Assembly: GCF_030684315.1 (NCBI RefSeq) | Contig: NC_081372.1 | Coordinates: 37,459,347 to 37,523,346, forward strand | Direction: 5' to 3' | Source: Stegostoma tigrinum | Taxonomy: Eukaryota | Length of the DNA stretch: 64,000 nucleotides | Shown: piece after piece, positions 50,280 to 64,000 of the stretch | How positions within the stretch are numbered: position 1 is the first letter of the stretch | Layout: each line of letters starts with the position of its first letter | Position numbers and translations under genes: made by a program | Notes under the pieces: generated by a model | Databases searched by the model: none | What the model was told of the DNA's origin: nothing | What the model saw: only the letters and a program-made list of their open reading frames with translations

Positions 50280-51995
50280 AAAGAATAATACAGCACAGGA
50301 ACAGGCCCTTTGATCCTCCAAACCTGTGCCTCCACATTTTACCCTTCTATATTAAAACTGTCTTTACTTACAGGATCTGTTTTGCTCTATTTTGAATGCT
50401 GTTATTGCATCTGCTTTCACCACCCCCTCTGGCAGCACGTTCCAGGCATCCACCACCCTTTGTGTGAAAAAAACTCCCTCGCATATCTCTTTTAAACTTC
50501 CCCCTTGCACCTTGAACCTGTGCCCCCTAGTGATTGACCCCTTCAACCTGGGAAGTAGCCTCATACTTTCCACCCTATCCATGCTATTCAAGGTCTAATA
50601 AACTTCTATCACGTCTCCCCTCACCCTCCTACGCTCCAGTGAAAACAAATCCAATCTATCCAACCTTTCTTCATAGCTAAAAGCCCCCATACCTGGTAAC
50701 ATCCTGGTAAACCTTTTCTGTACCCTCTCCAAATCATCCACATCCTTCTGGTAGTGTGGTGACCAAAACTGTATGCACTATTTCCAAGAGTGGCCTAACT
50801 AAAGCTCTATAAAGATGCAGCATGACTTGTCTATCCTTATACTCAATGGCCCTTCCAATGAAGGTAAGCATGCCATAGGCCTTTTTATTTTAATTATCTA
50901 TCTGTGCTGCTACCTTTAGTGGTCTGTGGACCTGCACACCCAGATCCATTTGCATATCAATACCCCTCCGGGTTCTGCCATTCACTGTATAATTTACACG
51001 TGTACTTGACCTTCCAACTTGCATCATCTCACGTTTGTCCTAAACTCCATCTGTCATTTTTCTGCCCATGCCTCCAACTGATCTATATTCTTCTGTATCC
51101 TTTGACAATCATCCTCACTATCCACAAGTCCACCATTCTTTGTATCATCCGCAAACCTACTAATTATACCAGTTATGTTTTACTCCAAACCATTTATGTA
51201 GATCATGAACAGTAGATGTCCCAGCACTGATATCTGTGGAATGCCACTAGGCACAGCCCTCCATTCCGAAAAGCATTCTTCCAACGCTACCCTGCGTCTC
51301 CTATGACTAAGCCAGTTCTGAATCCATCTTGCTAGCTCACCCCTTATACCACATGATTTCACCTTTTGTACCAGTGTGCCATGAGGGACCTTGTCAAAGT
51401 CTTTACTGAAGTCCATGTAGACAACATCAACTGCATTTCCCTTATCAATCATCTTCATCACCTCTACAAAAAACTTGATCAAGTTAGTGAGGCATGACCT
51501 TCTCCCACACAAAATTGTGACGTCTATTGCCAATAAATCCATTTGCTTCTAAATGTGTAAAGTTGTTGACCCTGAGAATCTTTTCTAGTAATTTCCCTAC
51601 CACTGACATGAGACTCACACATGTCTGTAATTTCCAGGATTATCCTAGCTACCCTTCTCAAACAATGTGGCAACATTAACTATTCTCTCATCCTCTGAGA
51701 GCCCACCTGTGGCTAAAGTGGATACAAAGATGTCAATGCTCCAGCAATTTGTTTCCTTGCCTCCCTCAATACTCTGGGATAGATCTCATCAGGAACTGGG
51801 GATTTATCTACCTTAAAACTTTTTAAGACACACAACAGCTCTTCCTTTTTAAGAGCGCCTTGCCTTAGAAATTTTACACTGCCTCCCCTGAGATATCCTC
51901 CACCAATTCCTTCTATTTAATGAATACTGACACAATGTATTCATTTAGGACTTTGCCTACCTCTTCTGACTCCACACATACATTCCCTCCTTTGT
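50280..51995 (-). mobile_element. CR1 RT and 3' end, decayed
   Basis: [42 protein letters not shown]. Confidence 0.88.
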
Positions 51996-53094
51996 GAACC
52001 TGAATGAATGAATTGAAACTAGTACATGGGTGCATGGGTGAGGTTGACGTTAAAGGGGAGATCGTGGGTGAGAAAAATAGGTAAGTGGGTTGGGTGGCAG
52101 GAGGGTAAGTGGGTGGATGGATAGTCAGATGGAGAGTTTTTTGTCTGGTGGGGGCGAATCACTTGAGGTCAATTGGGGGACTAAGTTATCTTTCGGGTGC
52201 AATTGGCAGGAGTCTCAATGTGAGTGGTTAATTGGCATCAGTTTTGTAGTTACTCAAGAGATAGACTGGTATTTTTCAGTCTAACATCTCCATGGTAACT
52301 ACTCAGATAAGTACATTGGAAATGTTTAACGTTTCCTTTTCCAGCTCAGAATTGAAAACATTTGCTGAAGATCCTGGAAAGCAGGGGAATTACCAATTGG
52401 AAATTCAAACAATTCCCAGCAATTGCCACAGAGATTGACATGGCAGAACATCTCAAGGTCATAAAACATAACTTGGGTCATTCATCCAGTCTCCAGCGAT
52501 TCAGTGACCAGAGAGACTAAATTAGACACCTGATGTGATCAGAAACATAGCTACATGGTGATGGAAACATTTGCACATATGTTTACCCAATATGCCTTAC
52601 ATTATTCCCCTCCTAGGCCAAGGAATCATGTGCTTCTCAGTCTTAGCCAACATCATATTTTAGAAAATATCTAAGAATTTCAAGAAAACAGGCTAGCCAA
52701 GAGAAAGACTGTCAGTATGTTCTCTAATATTCCATGGAAGAAATAGTATTTGAAAGTGAAATGGATCACAGAAAACTTAGATGGGACGGAGCACCAGACT
52801 TGTTTAATTAGTGGTTCTCACTGGTAAATTGAACTGAAAAGGGAGCCTCAGAGCAGTTGAAGCTAAGGATGTACTATTCAGGTTGATTTAACTTTTGAGA
52901 TTACATCATTCATAATAGTATTTCATCCAATGTAGATTAATACTGTACATAAGATCAGGTCATCAAGTGTCTGTGTATGCAGTATTCTCATTTACACTTA
53001 GTCTATTTGTTCAGCCATATTCACAACACAGTTCTTCATTTAATACAAATGCATTTTATCAAGTGATTAATACAAAAACTTGAAAAAAAGAGTT

Positions 53095-53260
53095 TGTTTG
53101 AGAAACTTAGCAGGTCTGACAGCTGGTGTGGAGAGGATAAAGGTCTCTAGACTCATAGCATTAACTCTGCTTTCTATCCACAGATGCTGCCAAACCTGCT
53201 GAGTTTCCCCTGTAATTTCTATGGTTGTTTCAGATACCAGCATCCATAGTTCTTTGTTTA
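53095..53260. mobile_element. PLE family B fold-back mini-element
   Basis: aaacttagcaggtctgacagc is inverted relative to gctgccaaacctgctgagttt, followed by the family B tail. Confidence 0.65.
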
Positions 53261-55636
53261 ATTATAAAAAAAATTACCTGAATTGTGATGGGCAGTTCCA
53301 ATTTCAATTTTACACACTGATGCAATACACTAACCCCACAAAGTTAGATTTAAGATAATGCCATTTACACACTGCAGCCAGTTCAATGACCATCTGCAGG
53401 TGGATCAATATTAGCAAAAACTGCTGACTTCCTGAGCAATCCTTCTGACAGACTCCAGCAGTGCATCTGACTTGTTTAATTTACACCAGCAAGTTTCATT
53501 AGCTGTTTGGTTGGTAATAGTCTGCTGAACATCTGCTTTAAATAGGTTGAAGCAAAACTAGAAGTGCTTCATGTTCAGCCTGAAATGTATAATATGAGGA
53601 TTTTCAGTCAGCCAAAAAAAATTTCGTGTAAAGAAAATCATTGTGTTATTGACAAAGAAAGAATATAATTTAAGTCAAAAATATATTTTTTGTGCACAAA
53701 GATATCTCATGTTTAATGTTGCTGTCTCATACATTTTCTAATGAATTATCTTCTCCATTTTCAGACATAAATATGTAAAACGCTTACTATATTTTCATAC
53801 TTTGCTGTAGTAAAAGCTGCATAAGAACTGTAATTTATTTGAAACACAATCCTGTGTCTAAAAATGAATTGCATTAAAGGTGGCTGTCTCAAAATTTACA
53901 ATACAAAATGTTAATTAAAAATAACATCATACAATATGTAGGGAAGAAAGACAAAACAAGAACCTAATATTATTAGTGGAAGACTGAAATATTGAACTGT
54001 AAACAGTAATAATATTGGGATATTAATAATGGATCCATACCAGATGCATGTTTTGTTGGTATGACCTGGAAATCACAGCTTCACACACAAAGCTGCAGTG
54101 CAGAATTCTGCAAAGCTCAAGTACAAGAAACAAAGTGGCGGTATACACTATTTTTAATGGTGAGTAAGTACTGGATGTATGTTACAGTGAGCATAACCTA
54201 TGGTACTATTTCCACTGGCCAAAAAGATTTATGTTCAGAAATTGTATCCTCAGACTTTCAGCATCTAAATCTTCTACAGAAGTGGTATTTATGTCGGTAG
54301 GCAGGAAAAAATAAATGTGTAATGCACTGTTCATCTGGATTAATAACCACAATTTAACATATAGATGTGATTTTTGTTCATTAGATATTAGTCTTTGTGC
54401 ATCAGCATGTTAAAACAAAACTGCAGCATGAGAAGAGGACCATTTACGAAGCACCCTACTGGTGAAATTCTCCAGTAGTTTATGAACATAAGATTTTAAA
54501 CTGACTGTTTTGAAAAAGAGATTCAGACTGAAAGCCTAAGAAAGGGTTTTATTAACAATTGAGAGTCTGCATTACTCGCTAACATGAGTGAAGCTATTCT
54601 TCTGAAAAACAGGTAATTTTAAATAAATGAAGGAAGAGTTTGGTTTTACAATTTAGCCTTTTAAAGAGAGATTAAGATCGACTATTAAATATTTTAGCAG
54701 ATTATATTATCCCAAATATGATAAAATATAAATTTAAAGATGAATTTTTAATTTTTTGCTTTGTAGAGTGCATTGCTTGAAGTGCACAATAGCAAGCAGA
54801 GTGAGAACATGCTTATAATAACCAAGACACACAGTTACAAGAAATACAGCATCATGTTGTTCAGAACAAATGGTAAAAGATTGTCTTCATGAATAAGCCA
54901 TAGGAATTTAACTACCTTTTCAGCTAAAGTTCTCTATCAGTAAAGCTGACTTCACCCAGATTACAAAATGCTGGAAGCAGAAGTGTTCCAATTCTGCTGT
55001 AAAGAGTTTCATTCCATTTTGCCATGCTTTGAACTGCGCAACTCAGAAATATTCTTTGGGGAATATCTAACTCTATTAAAAAGTCAATTCTAAAAGACCT
55101 TCTTATTCTTTCCCGTGCAATAAAAATGTTTCTTTTCTAAATGATATATAAAAGGCTAACTGGAACTACATCAGATCTCCCCTGGATCTTTGCCTCCACT
55201 CTCTGTTCTTGGGTAGCATTGTGTATTCCCCTGTTAAACTACTGCAAAGTGTACTTTTAGTCTATTTCATTTTAACCTTGTGGGAAATGTTCTTATTGTG
55301 AGCAATTGTTAAGTGAAATATACACCCTTTACAGTGCAATAGTTTTCATTTCCTTATTTATTTATGGCAAATCATTGCTTTTAAATAGAAATTCTCCCCA
55401 GTCTTTCTATGCTTCGACAGGAAGGCCTAGAACACTGTTTTGGGTTAGCCACTTCAACTCCCCTCCATTTTTCTTGAAGCTGGCATGAATGAGTCAACTG
55501 AATGTGATTGCTTCACATCAGGCACTTACATTAAGTAATGCTTCTAGTTTCTATACTTCCACTAAAGTTGAGGCAATGCCTTTTGAAAATTGACAGGTAA
55601 CTTAACAGTATGAGTAGAAATGACCTTTGGAGGGCT

Positions 55637-56090
55637 CAGAGATAATGGGAACTGCAGATGCTGGAGAATCCAAGGTAACAAAGTGTGGAGCTGGATGAAC
55701 ACAGCAGGCCCAGCAGCATCTCAGGAGCACAAAAGCTGATGTTGCGGGACTAGACCCTTCTTCAGAGAGGGGGATCGGGAGAGGGTTCTGAAATAAATAG
55801 GGAGAGAGGGGGAGGCGGACTGAAGATGGATAGAGGGGAAGATAGGTGGAGAAGATAGTATAGATGGGGAGGTGGGGAGGGGATAGGTCAGCCCAGGGAG
55901 GACGGACATGCCAAGGAGGCGGGATGAGGTTGGTAGGTGGGAAATGGAGTTGTGGCTTGAGGTGGGAGGAGGGAATAGATGAGAGGAAGAACAGGTTAGG
56001 GAGACGGGGACGAACTGGGCTGGTTTTGTGATGCAGTGGGGGGACGGGACGAGCTGGGCTGGTTTTGGGATGCAGTGGTGGCGGGGGGGC
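55637..56090 (-). mobile_element. PLE family A solo pseudo-LTR
   Basis: Homologous to 17630-18100; hammerhead core mutated. Confidence 0.85.
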
Positions 56091-56134
56091 GTAGTTTGCA
56101 GGCCAGTTACAAGACATCGCATATATCGGGGAGT

Positions 56135-56380
56135 GGGGGGCTACAGTCATGTAGTGATTATGACACTGGGCTCATACTGCAGTGGCCCAAACTAATATTC
56201 TGAGGACAAAGATTAAAATCCCATCAGGGCATCTGGGTGATTTAATTTCAGCAATTAAAATATTGAATTGAAATGATGACCCTGAAATGATTGTCAAATG
56301 TCAAAAAAGCCCTTAAGTTCACCTCTGTATTTCAGAGAAGGAACTCTGCCTGGTATGGCCTCATACCATTCCAGATATAC
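56135..56380 (+). mobile_element. Decayed tRNA SINE (14205 family)
   Basis: tRNA-like head and gaaatgattgtc..tgtcaaaaaagccc body. Confidence 0.5.
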
Positions 56381-56564
56381 ACTCGTGGATGTCAGTGTAG
56401 CAGTGGGTCACTATCGGAAGATTATGGGTGATAATTTATTTCAAATTTGCACTATTATGGAAAGAGACAAAGATAGAGCAGGCACAAAAATGTTCCAAAT
56501 TGGGTGATATTTTACAAAGCTCAGAGATAACCTGATAAAAGTGGACTGGTTGCAGCTACTTCAA

Positions 56565-56697
56565 TTCTGAAGGATGGTCACTGGACCGAAGCATTGCCAT
56601 TGATTTCTCTCCGCAGAAGCTGCCAAACCTGCTGAGTTTTTCCAACGATTTCTGTTCTTGTTTCTGATTTTCAGCATCCACAGTTCTTTGTTTTTCT
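56565..56697 (+). mobile_element. PLE family B pseudo-LTR remnant
   Basis: ttctgaaggatggtcactggaccgaagc...gctgccaaacctgctgagttt. Confidence 0.65.
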
Positions 56698-56724
56698 TTG
56701 TAATATCTTAAAGCCCTGACTAGC

Positions 56725-57420
56725 TTGTGGTGAAAAATTTGGGAGAATCGTGTGAGACATTCAGGAGGGCCATTCTCAATGTCAGGAGCAACAATTTGCA
56801 TTTCTCAATGGAGTTCCAGGCTTTGAGGCGAGATTCTCACTCATTAGCAGAGTTGCCCATTAAATGGAGATTGTTGCTCATTGTCACCTCCATTAACTTT
56901 GAAGCTTACGTCATTAATAATTAGAGTCTTATTCCACCACGTACTGGGTACAAACTAGATACCAAGAATTCCTGACATGAAGGTTAGAGTGAATACGTAG
57001 CATTTTCAGCTTGCCACAGCTTTTTGAATTCCACCTTATCCACCTGGCACCAACATCTCAGGGCATGTTTCACAGGCTATTCCCACATACATGCCATGTC
57101 TAAAGACAATGGCATCTGACATATTTGAGCCTTTCTACACTATCATGGCACATCTCTGATCCACTTAGAGTGCATTTCTGCAGCTTAATACTGCACTTTG
57201 GAGCACATCATTGCCTTTCATTGCAGTGCTGCTGGAAGGACACACTTCAACAAGTGCCAGTTCATGGACTGGAATAGGCAGCTTCTCAAGGCTGATGCTT
57301 TTCACTCCTAGCGCTCACTTGCCTTGTGTTGCCTTGATTATCATGGCATCTCTGCTTTGCATTGACTAGCCATGCCTTTTAGCGCAGACATGAAGACAAG
57401 CAGCTTGTCATGCTGTCCCC
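56725..57420 (-). mobile_element. Second copy of the right half of the 33048-34922 Harbinger-derived element
   Basis: Reverse-complement homology: gattgttgctcatt.tcacc (56870 vs ~34720-34740) and gatgtgctccaaagtgcag (57200 vs 34371). Confidence 0.65.
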
Positions 57421-57429
57421 CATGCAGTA

Positions 57430-59965
57430 TCCTGGACTTTCTTATTTCAGACATTGAGTACAAGAGCAAAGAGAGTATGTTGAACTTGTACAAGACACTT
57501 TGAAACTTCAGCAGGAATATTTGTACAGTTCTGGCTATCACACTGTTGGCAGAATACAGACTCATTTGACAGAGTGAAGAAGAGATTTGCAGGAATGGCT
57601 TCTGAGATGAAGAACTTCAGTTATGGACAGAAGACTGGTTGGAGTGAATCAAATTTTCTCAACATATAGAGTCCTAGAGTCATGCAGTATACAGGAGCCC
57701 CTTTGGCCCATTAAGTCTGCATTGACAATCCACACCGATCCCACTTTCCAGCGTTTGATCCATAGACTTCAAAGTTATGACATTTCAAGCTCTTGTTCAT
57801 GTACTTTTTAAAGATGGTGAGGTTTCCCACCTCAACCACCATCTTCCCTTCCCCATGCCCCAGGCAGTGCATTCAAGATTCTTAACACCTCCTGGATGAA
57901 AAGATTTTTTTCTCAAATTGCCCCTAACCTCTTGCCATTCATCTTAAAATTATGCCCCTTTTTAACTGGCCCTTCAACTAAGAAAAAAGCTACTTTCTAT
58001 CTACCATGGCCATTGTCCTCACAACATTATATGCCTCTCAGTCTTCTCTCATCAAAAGAACATAATCTGAGCCTATTCAGCTTCTAATCATAACAAAAAT
58101 GTTGCAGTCTGGGCAGCATTTTGGTGAATATCCTCCACACCTCCTCCATTGCAATCACATTCTTCTTATACACTGGCAGCCCGAACTGCACAAAATTCTC
58201 CATCTATGACCGTAACAAAGCTTTGTATGACTTCACCGTAAACTCCAGCTCATATAACCTATGCCTTGACTGATAAAAGCAAGCATTTTGTAAGCCTTCT
58301 TAACCCTAATAATTTATCCTGCCACCTTCTGTGGGCAATTTCCCCAAGTTACTCTGGCCCAACTTGAGACGACTTGTGGCCTAACCAATATCTCATACAC
58401 AGTTCAAACATTTCATTCCTGCTTTTGCATTCAATATCATTCTCAATGAACAAAAGAGCATCTCTAAATCTCCCTGGGTCTGATGAGCTTTTACTTCTTT
58501 AAAAGTCTCTCACGTGGGACCTTGTCAGAGGCTTTGCTGAAATCCATGAAAACTGCATAAGCTGCACTATCCTCATCTAAACACCCTGGACACTTGCTCA
58601 AACATTTCTACTAAATTTGTTAGGCATGGCCTCCATCTGAAAAGTCTCAAAATGATGATACGTCTGGAAAGAGATGATCAGGAGAAACGTGTCCAACTCA
58701 TAAATAAATCAAGAAAAGGCGGTGGTGGGGGGCGGTGCAGATTCAGAGTGGTTTACAAAAGAAAACAAATGTGATGTGAAACAAATATTTTTCGTACAAG
58801 TGATTTGGGTCTAGAATACACTTTCTGAAAGCATTTTATAAGCTGGTTTAATTGAGGCTATTTGATGATTATTTACACTGAAATATTGTGAAAGGGGATG
58901 GGGTAAAGGCAGGAGAATGGCACTTAGTCATGATACTCATTTGAAGAGCTGGTACAGACATGATAAACCAAATGCGCCATAATATTTCTGTGATTCTGTG
59001 ATGACAAGGTAATATCAATGGTTTGGTTGAGTGGGTAGAAAAGTGGAATATAGGTTTCATTCTGGAGAAGTGTGAGTTTATGCATTTGGGAAGAACACAG
59101 AAAGCAAGGGAATTCACAATAAACGAGAGGGTATAGAGAAGGGTAAAGGAAGTGAATGCATTTCCACAGGCCCCTGATGGCAGAAGAAGGGTGGTGAAGA
59201 AGGTATATAGGATGCTTTCCATTACTGGGAGAGGCATTAAATACAAAAGAGGAATAAAATGTTGGAACCTATATATGAGACATTCATTTGGTGACAACTG
59301 GAATTGGTGTACAATTCTGGTCACCACACTGCAGGAAAAATATAATTTCTCTGGAGAGAATACAGAGACGATTTAGAGTAATGTTCTCAGACCTTGAAAA
59401 TTGGTACTTCTGAGGAATAATTGAGTATGCTGTAGTTAAGTTCCTTACCATAGTGCAGCTTGAAGGGTTGCTTATTTGAGGTGTCCAAAATAAGGAAGAG
59501 CTTGAATTGATTGGACAGGGAAAACTTGTTTCTCCCTGCAGGGAGAACAGTCCTGATGAATGGTTCTGACCCGAAACATCGACTTCCTGCTCCTCTGATA
59601 CTGGCTGGCAAGCTGTTCTCCTCCAGCTCCACATTTTATTGACCTTGACTTCCAGCAGTTGCAGTCCTTGCTATCTCCTCTCCTGGCAGACAGGTCAATG
59701 ACCTTGGGGAAAAGACTAGGCCATTGGTAGACGGATTAGAGGGATCATGTTGAAAAATGTTTTAGCGCAGAAAATGGTGGTGAATGATTGTTGCTGCCCA
59801 TTTTAATGGCTCAGGCAGAAACCCTTCAAGATGAATTTGGTTCTGGATCTGACATGTTGTAACCTGCAAGGCTGTGGACCACGTGCTGGAAAGTGGGATT
59901 GGAATGATTGGATTGTATATTCAGCTGGTGCAGACAAGACAGGCTGAATGACCTACTTCATTGCC
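57430..59965. mobile_element. Cluster of decayed CR1 fragments in both orientations (short PLE piece at ~59550-59680)
   Basis: CR1 RT/C-terminal motifs: + at 57430-57660, - at 57665-58640, + at 58650-59965. Confidence 0.7.
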
Positions 59966-60324
59966 GTGAATTCGCAGCGGTTCTGTTGTCAATTTGGTTC
60001 ACTCTTCACTGTCCTCTGAAATAGCTGGAAAGCATTCAATTCAAAGGCAATTTGACCTTGCTAGTGATACCCACATTCCACAAAAGAATATGAAAAGTGA
60101 AGTGTGTAACAAATGCCCAAAACCTGCATTCAGGTTCCCTCAACTTCAAGCTTACATTTTGACTACCTTTCTAAAGACATGCATATGATTCTAGCATTTC
60201 AAGTTTCAGGGAAGACTAGACACTTGCTATTTGATGCTCAGCTTAACAGGCTGCCAACATGTTACACTTCTCTGTCATGAATTATGTCTCAAGGAGGTTT
60301 GTGTATTCCTGGTAAAGAAGAAAG

Positions 60325-60645
60325 AGTAGGTGATGGTATTATTGCTGGATGATTAGTCCATAGACCCAGGTAATGTTCTGGGGCTTTGGGTTTGAATCTC
60401 ACCGCAGTAGATGGTGGAATTTGAATTCAATATTAATCTGGAATTAGAAGTTTAATGATATCTGTGAAACCATTGCAAATTGTCAGCAAAAACATTCTGT
60501 TTCACTAATGTCCTAGAGGGAAATTTTGCAATCTTTACATGTGACTCCAGACCCACAGCAATGTGGTTCACTCATAATTTCCCTTTGGGCAAAAAGTGCA
60601 GGTCTATATATGTGACATCCGCATCCCATGATTGAGTTAAAAAGA
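60325..60645 (+). mobile_element. tRNA SINE (14205 family)
   Basis: gggtttgaatctc B box, ggtggaatttgaattcaat, gtgactccagacccacagcaatgtggtt. Confidence 0.75.
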
Positions 60646-61104
60646 AAAGGTCAATACATGTCCCTAAAGCATTATGTTAACTCCAGCTATTTTAATGGGG
60701 CCAAACTAGCATTGCTTCATTGTCAGGCCACCCATTAAGGCAGGTGTCAGTAAAGGCAGAGAATTAGATTGGAAATCAACTGCCCCTGTGTTATGATCTG
60801 TGAAAAGCTCATGCTACTATGGTCAGGATTTCAAAACCAAAAATCAGGAATTCGGTTTGTGAAAGAAGTTGGCTTTAAAGGGAAGACTGGTCAGATGAGA
60901 AATTGTATTGTTAAGCAGTCACCTTTGAAGACAATACAAAAGCCCTTATAGCTCCATGATGATACCTGTGATGCTCGTGCAGAATTCTAGGTGAAATTTC
61001 TTTGCATATATTGTGGTTAGTGGGTGTATTGTGGCTGGTGAATGTATTGTGGTTGATGTGCAGTGAAAAATGACTGCTCGAAGTCTATAGAGTAAGCAGA
61101 TTAT

Positions 61105-62100
61105 AAGTTCATAAGAGACAGAAGCAGGAGTAGGCCATTCAGCCCATCGAGCATGGTTTGCCATTCAATAAGATCATGGCTGGTCTATCTGTAGTCTCAG
61201 CTCCTCCCACTTGCATTATCCCCATTACCCTTAAACCCCTACCATGTAAAAAATCTATCCAACTGTGTCTTAAATATATTTAATGAAGCTGCCTCCATTG
61301 CTTCCTTGGGCAGAGAATGCCATAGATTCAACACTGTCTGGGAAAAACAGTTCCTCCTCATCTCTGTCCTAAATCTACTCCCTCTAATCTTGTGGCTATG
61401 TTCCCTTCTCCTAGGCTCTCCAATCAGTTGGAAACAACTTGCCTGCCTCTATCTTCCCTGTCCCTTTCATAATTTTACACATTTCTATAAGATCCCCTCT
61501 CATTCTTCTAAATTCTAGTGAATACAGTCCTAGGCAACACAACCATCCCTCCAGCAATGAAAGCCAGCATTCCGTCTGCCTTCCTGATTACCTGTTGCAC
61601 CAACTTTTAACGATTCATGTGCAAGCAGTCCTAAGTCTCTCTGCACAACAGCTTGCTGCAATCTTTCACCATTTAAATAATAATCTGATCACTGTTTTTA
61701 CTTCCAAAGTGGATGATGTGACATTTACCAACATTTTGTTCCATTTCCCAACATTATGTTCCATTTCCCAGACCTTTACTCAATCAGTGAACCGACCTAA
61801 ATTTCTTTGCAGACTCTCCACATCCTCCGCACCATTTGCCTTTCCACCCAATTGGGTGTCATCAGAAAACTTAGATACGTTACTCTCAGTCTTCTCTTCC
61901 AATTCATTCCCATACATCATGAACAGTTGCGAGTCCAGCACCGCCCCCTGCAGCATTCTGCTCACCACTGATCTCCGACCATAGAAATACCGATTGATCC
62001 CAACTCTCTACCTTGTTTTAATCAATCCTCTATCTATGCTAATACATTCCCCACAGCTCCATTCATTCTTATGAATGAGTCTTTTATGTGGTATCTTGTC
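61105..62100 (-). mobile_element. CR1 RT/3' fragment
   Basis: ORF 61780..61968 LQGAVLDSQLF...VSKFSDDTQLGG; CR1 3' UTR at ~61110. Confidence 0.85.
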
Positions 62101-62249
62101 ATGATGTCTATCAATGTTCAACACTTCTATGGAACCTCATAATGCTGAATGCTATGGTACAAACCACTGATTTTCCTTGCTTGCAGGAGGGTATTGCCGT
62201 CAACCTTACTTTTTAATTCTAGGTTTTGAATTAAATTCATATTTCACAA

Positions 62250-64000
62250 TCCACTTTGATGAAGCTTCTCCAGACATGGTCCCCATTCACCCCTTATTTA
62301 CACACGGAGAGTCCTTGACATTGATTCACCTCCCTCAAATCTAACTCTCAGAGTGAGCCTGATGTCTGACACTCCTGTTTATGTCTGTCAGCCAGGACTC
62401 CCTAATTGGAGCAGGTTAACAGCCCCAGTCAGGGAACTCATACTCTATGACATCCATCTTCCTAACCTCAGTACAATCAATGCATATCTCTCCCTCTGAG
62501 TTTGAGGACATAAGCTGGTTCCTTTTTTCTATAGCCCCTCCTGGGGGTGTTTTAGCACTGAGTCAAGTTCTTCCAACTCTGCCTCTGTTATGGGTGGAGT
62601 GTAATGTAGAATACCTTGCCTCTTGCACCCAGAGCATCTTGGAAGTATTCATACTCTTTTTCAGGTGGCAAAGGTGTCAAGGTTGCAACACCTACTGAGT
62701 TCATTTCAGATTCTGAGGTACCTTCAACGCTTGATGGAAAGGGACAACCCATGGGTTCTGGAACAGTCAAAAAGGCAGTCATGAAGCCAGGCATGTTTTG
62801 CTCCCTCACTGTTTGCCAGTTTGTAGCTTTCAAATGGTTCACTTGCTTGTTCAGGACCATCGCATCTTCTCAAAGTTTATATGTCACCGGATCTGGTTTC
62901 GCATTGAATATTCCTCTTAGCTATGCAGGGCCATTTTTGTGGTTCCTACATTAAACTTCATCCCCTGAAATAAATTGTCTCTCTCGCTTAACAGAATCTT
63001 GTGCACAGCATTAGCATTCATGATGGTACTTCATCACAACCCCACAGGTCCGGGAAGATCAGATATAACTTGGTGTGGAGTCTTCTCCCTCCAACAAGTC
63101 TGCTGGTGTTATCCCTGTAATTATATGACGGGTGGTCCAATTATCAAATAAGAACTGAGACAGCTTGTATTCCAGTGAAGCTGTTTCTTTAAGCCTGCCT
63201 TCAAAATTTGGACTGCTCTTTCTGCAAGGCAATTGGATGATGAATGGTGTGGAGCTGTCCTTACATGATGAATAGCATTCAACTATAGGAAATACTCAAA
63301 TTACTTGCTGATAAACAATTGCAAATTACTTGGATCCAACACTACTGAGAGTCTATGTATTGCAAAAGATGAATAGCAGTTCTTCTATCATCGTCCCCAT
63401 GTTTGAGGAATGATCTCTATGTACATCCAGCCACCTTGAGGGAGCATCCACAATGACCAAGAACATCGAGTCCATGAAAAGGCCTGCATAATCAATGTGT
63501 AAGCGAGTCCAGGGTTTACCCTGTCAGTGCCACAAATGTGAGGGATTTGCTGCCAATAAGTTTTGTCTATTTTGGCTCCCTGGGCACTGGTATACCAACG
63601 CAGTTATCTTGGCCACCAGACATAACTTCTCACCAAGATCATCATTTCAGAAGCGCTTGGATGGCCCTGCTGGAGTTCAGCCAGTAGTTGGTAGCAATCT
63701 TTGCCTGGGACAATCACTCTTCCACCCCATAATAATATGATATCCCCTATTGTTCTCTGGTCTGTCTGGGTCTAAAAAGGTTTCAGTTCTGGTTGTGATG
63801 GCCCTTTGATTTCCCCCATCATCATCAGCTGTCTCAGTTTTGCCAGGGCCGGATTTTTCTGCATCCAAAGTCTGATATTGCCAGCTGTGACTGGAAGTGT
63901 GTCTAGAAAATTTGAAACTATCATGGAGCCTTCCAGTGGTGGTACTACTGGCAGTGTATCTTCCAGTGGGAGGCATCTCAATGCTTCCGCATTTATTATT
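62250..64000 (-). mobile_element. Ty3/Gypsy element: integrase region, PPT and 3' LTR (continues beyond window)
   Basis: KPWTRLHIDYAGLFMDSMFLVIVDA (integrase) near 63430-63520; LPVTAGNIRLW linker; purine tract agagggagaga (~62488-62498) preceding the LTR at ~62250-62483. Confidence 0.88.

Noticed and set aside
55602-56150. Pro/Ser-rich 182-aa ORF (similar ones at 12724, 35710, 38271)
   Set aside because: Low-complexity frames of PLE sequence.

Overview
Eukaryotic, repeat-dense vertebrate DNA. By inference it is a cartilaginous fish, probably a carpet shark (Orectolobiformes), based on HE1-type V-SINEs, a Deu-domain SINE, abundant CR1 and Penelope-like elements. No intact protein-coding gene, rRNA, tRNA gene or CRISPR array is visible, and most of the ORF track comes from decayed transposons. 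Recognisable elements: many CR1 LINEs (one near full length with ORF1 esterase, one young 1.8-kb 3' piece); a Rex1/Babar LINE; L2 pieces; four decayed Ty3/Gypsy remnants plus an LTR fragment; several PIF/Harbinger remnants (transposase and Myb/SANT partner gene); tRNA-derived SINEs; and three families of Penelope-like elements (PLEs) whose pseudo-LTRs carry minimal type I hammerhead ribozyme motifs. The PLEs include ~100-220 bp fold-back mini-insertions with target-site duplications. Two phase-compatible candidate exons (7762-7823, 36656-36747) suggest that the left half is the last intron of an unidentified + strand host gene. Coordinates of decayed elements are approximate, and family names come from motif recognition, not database searches.
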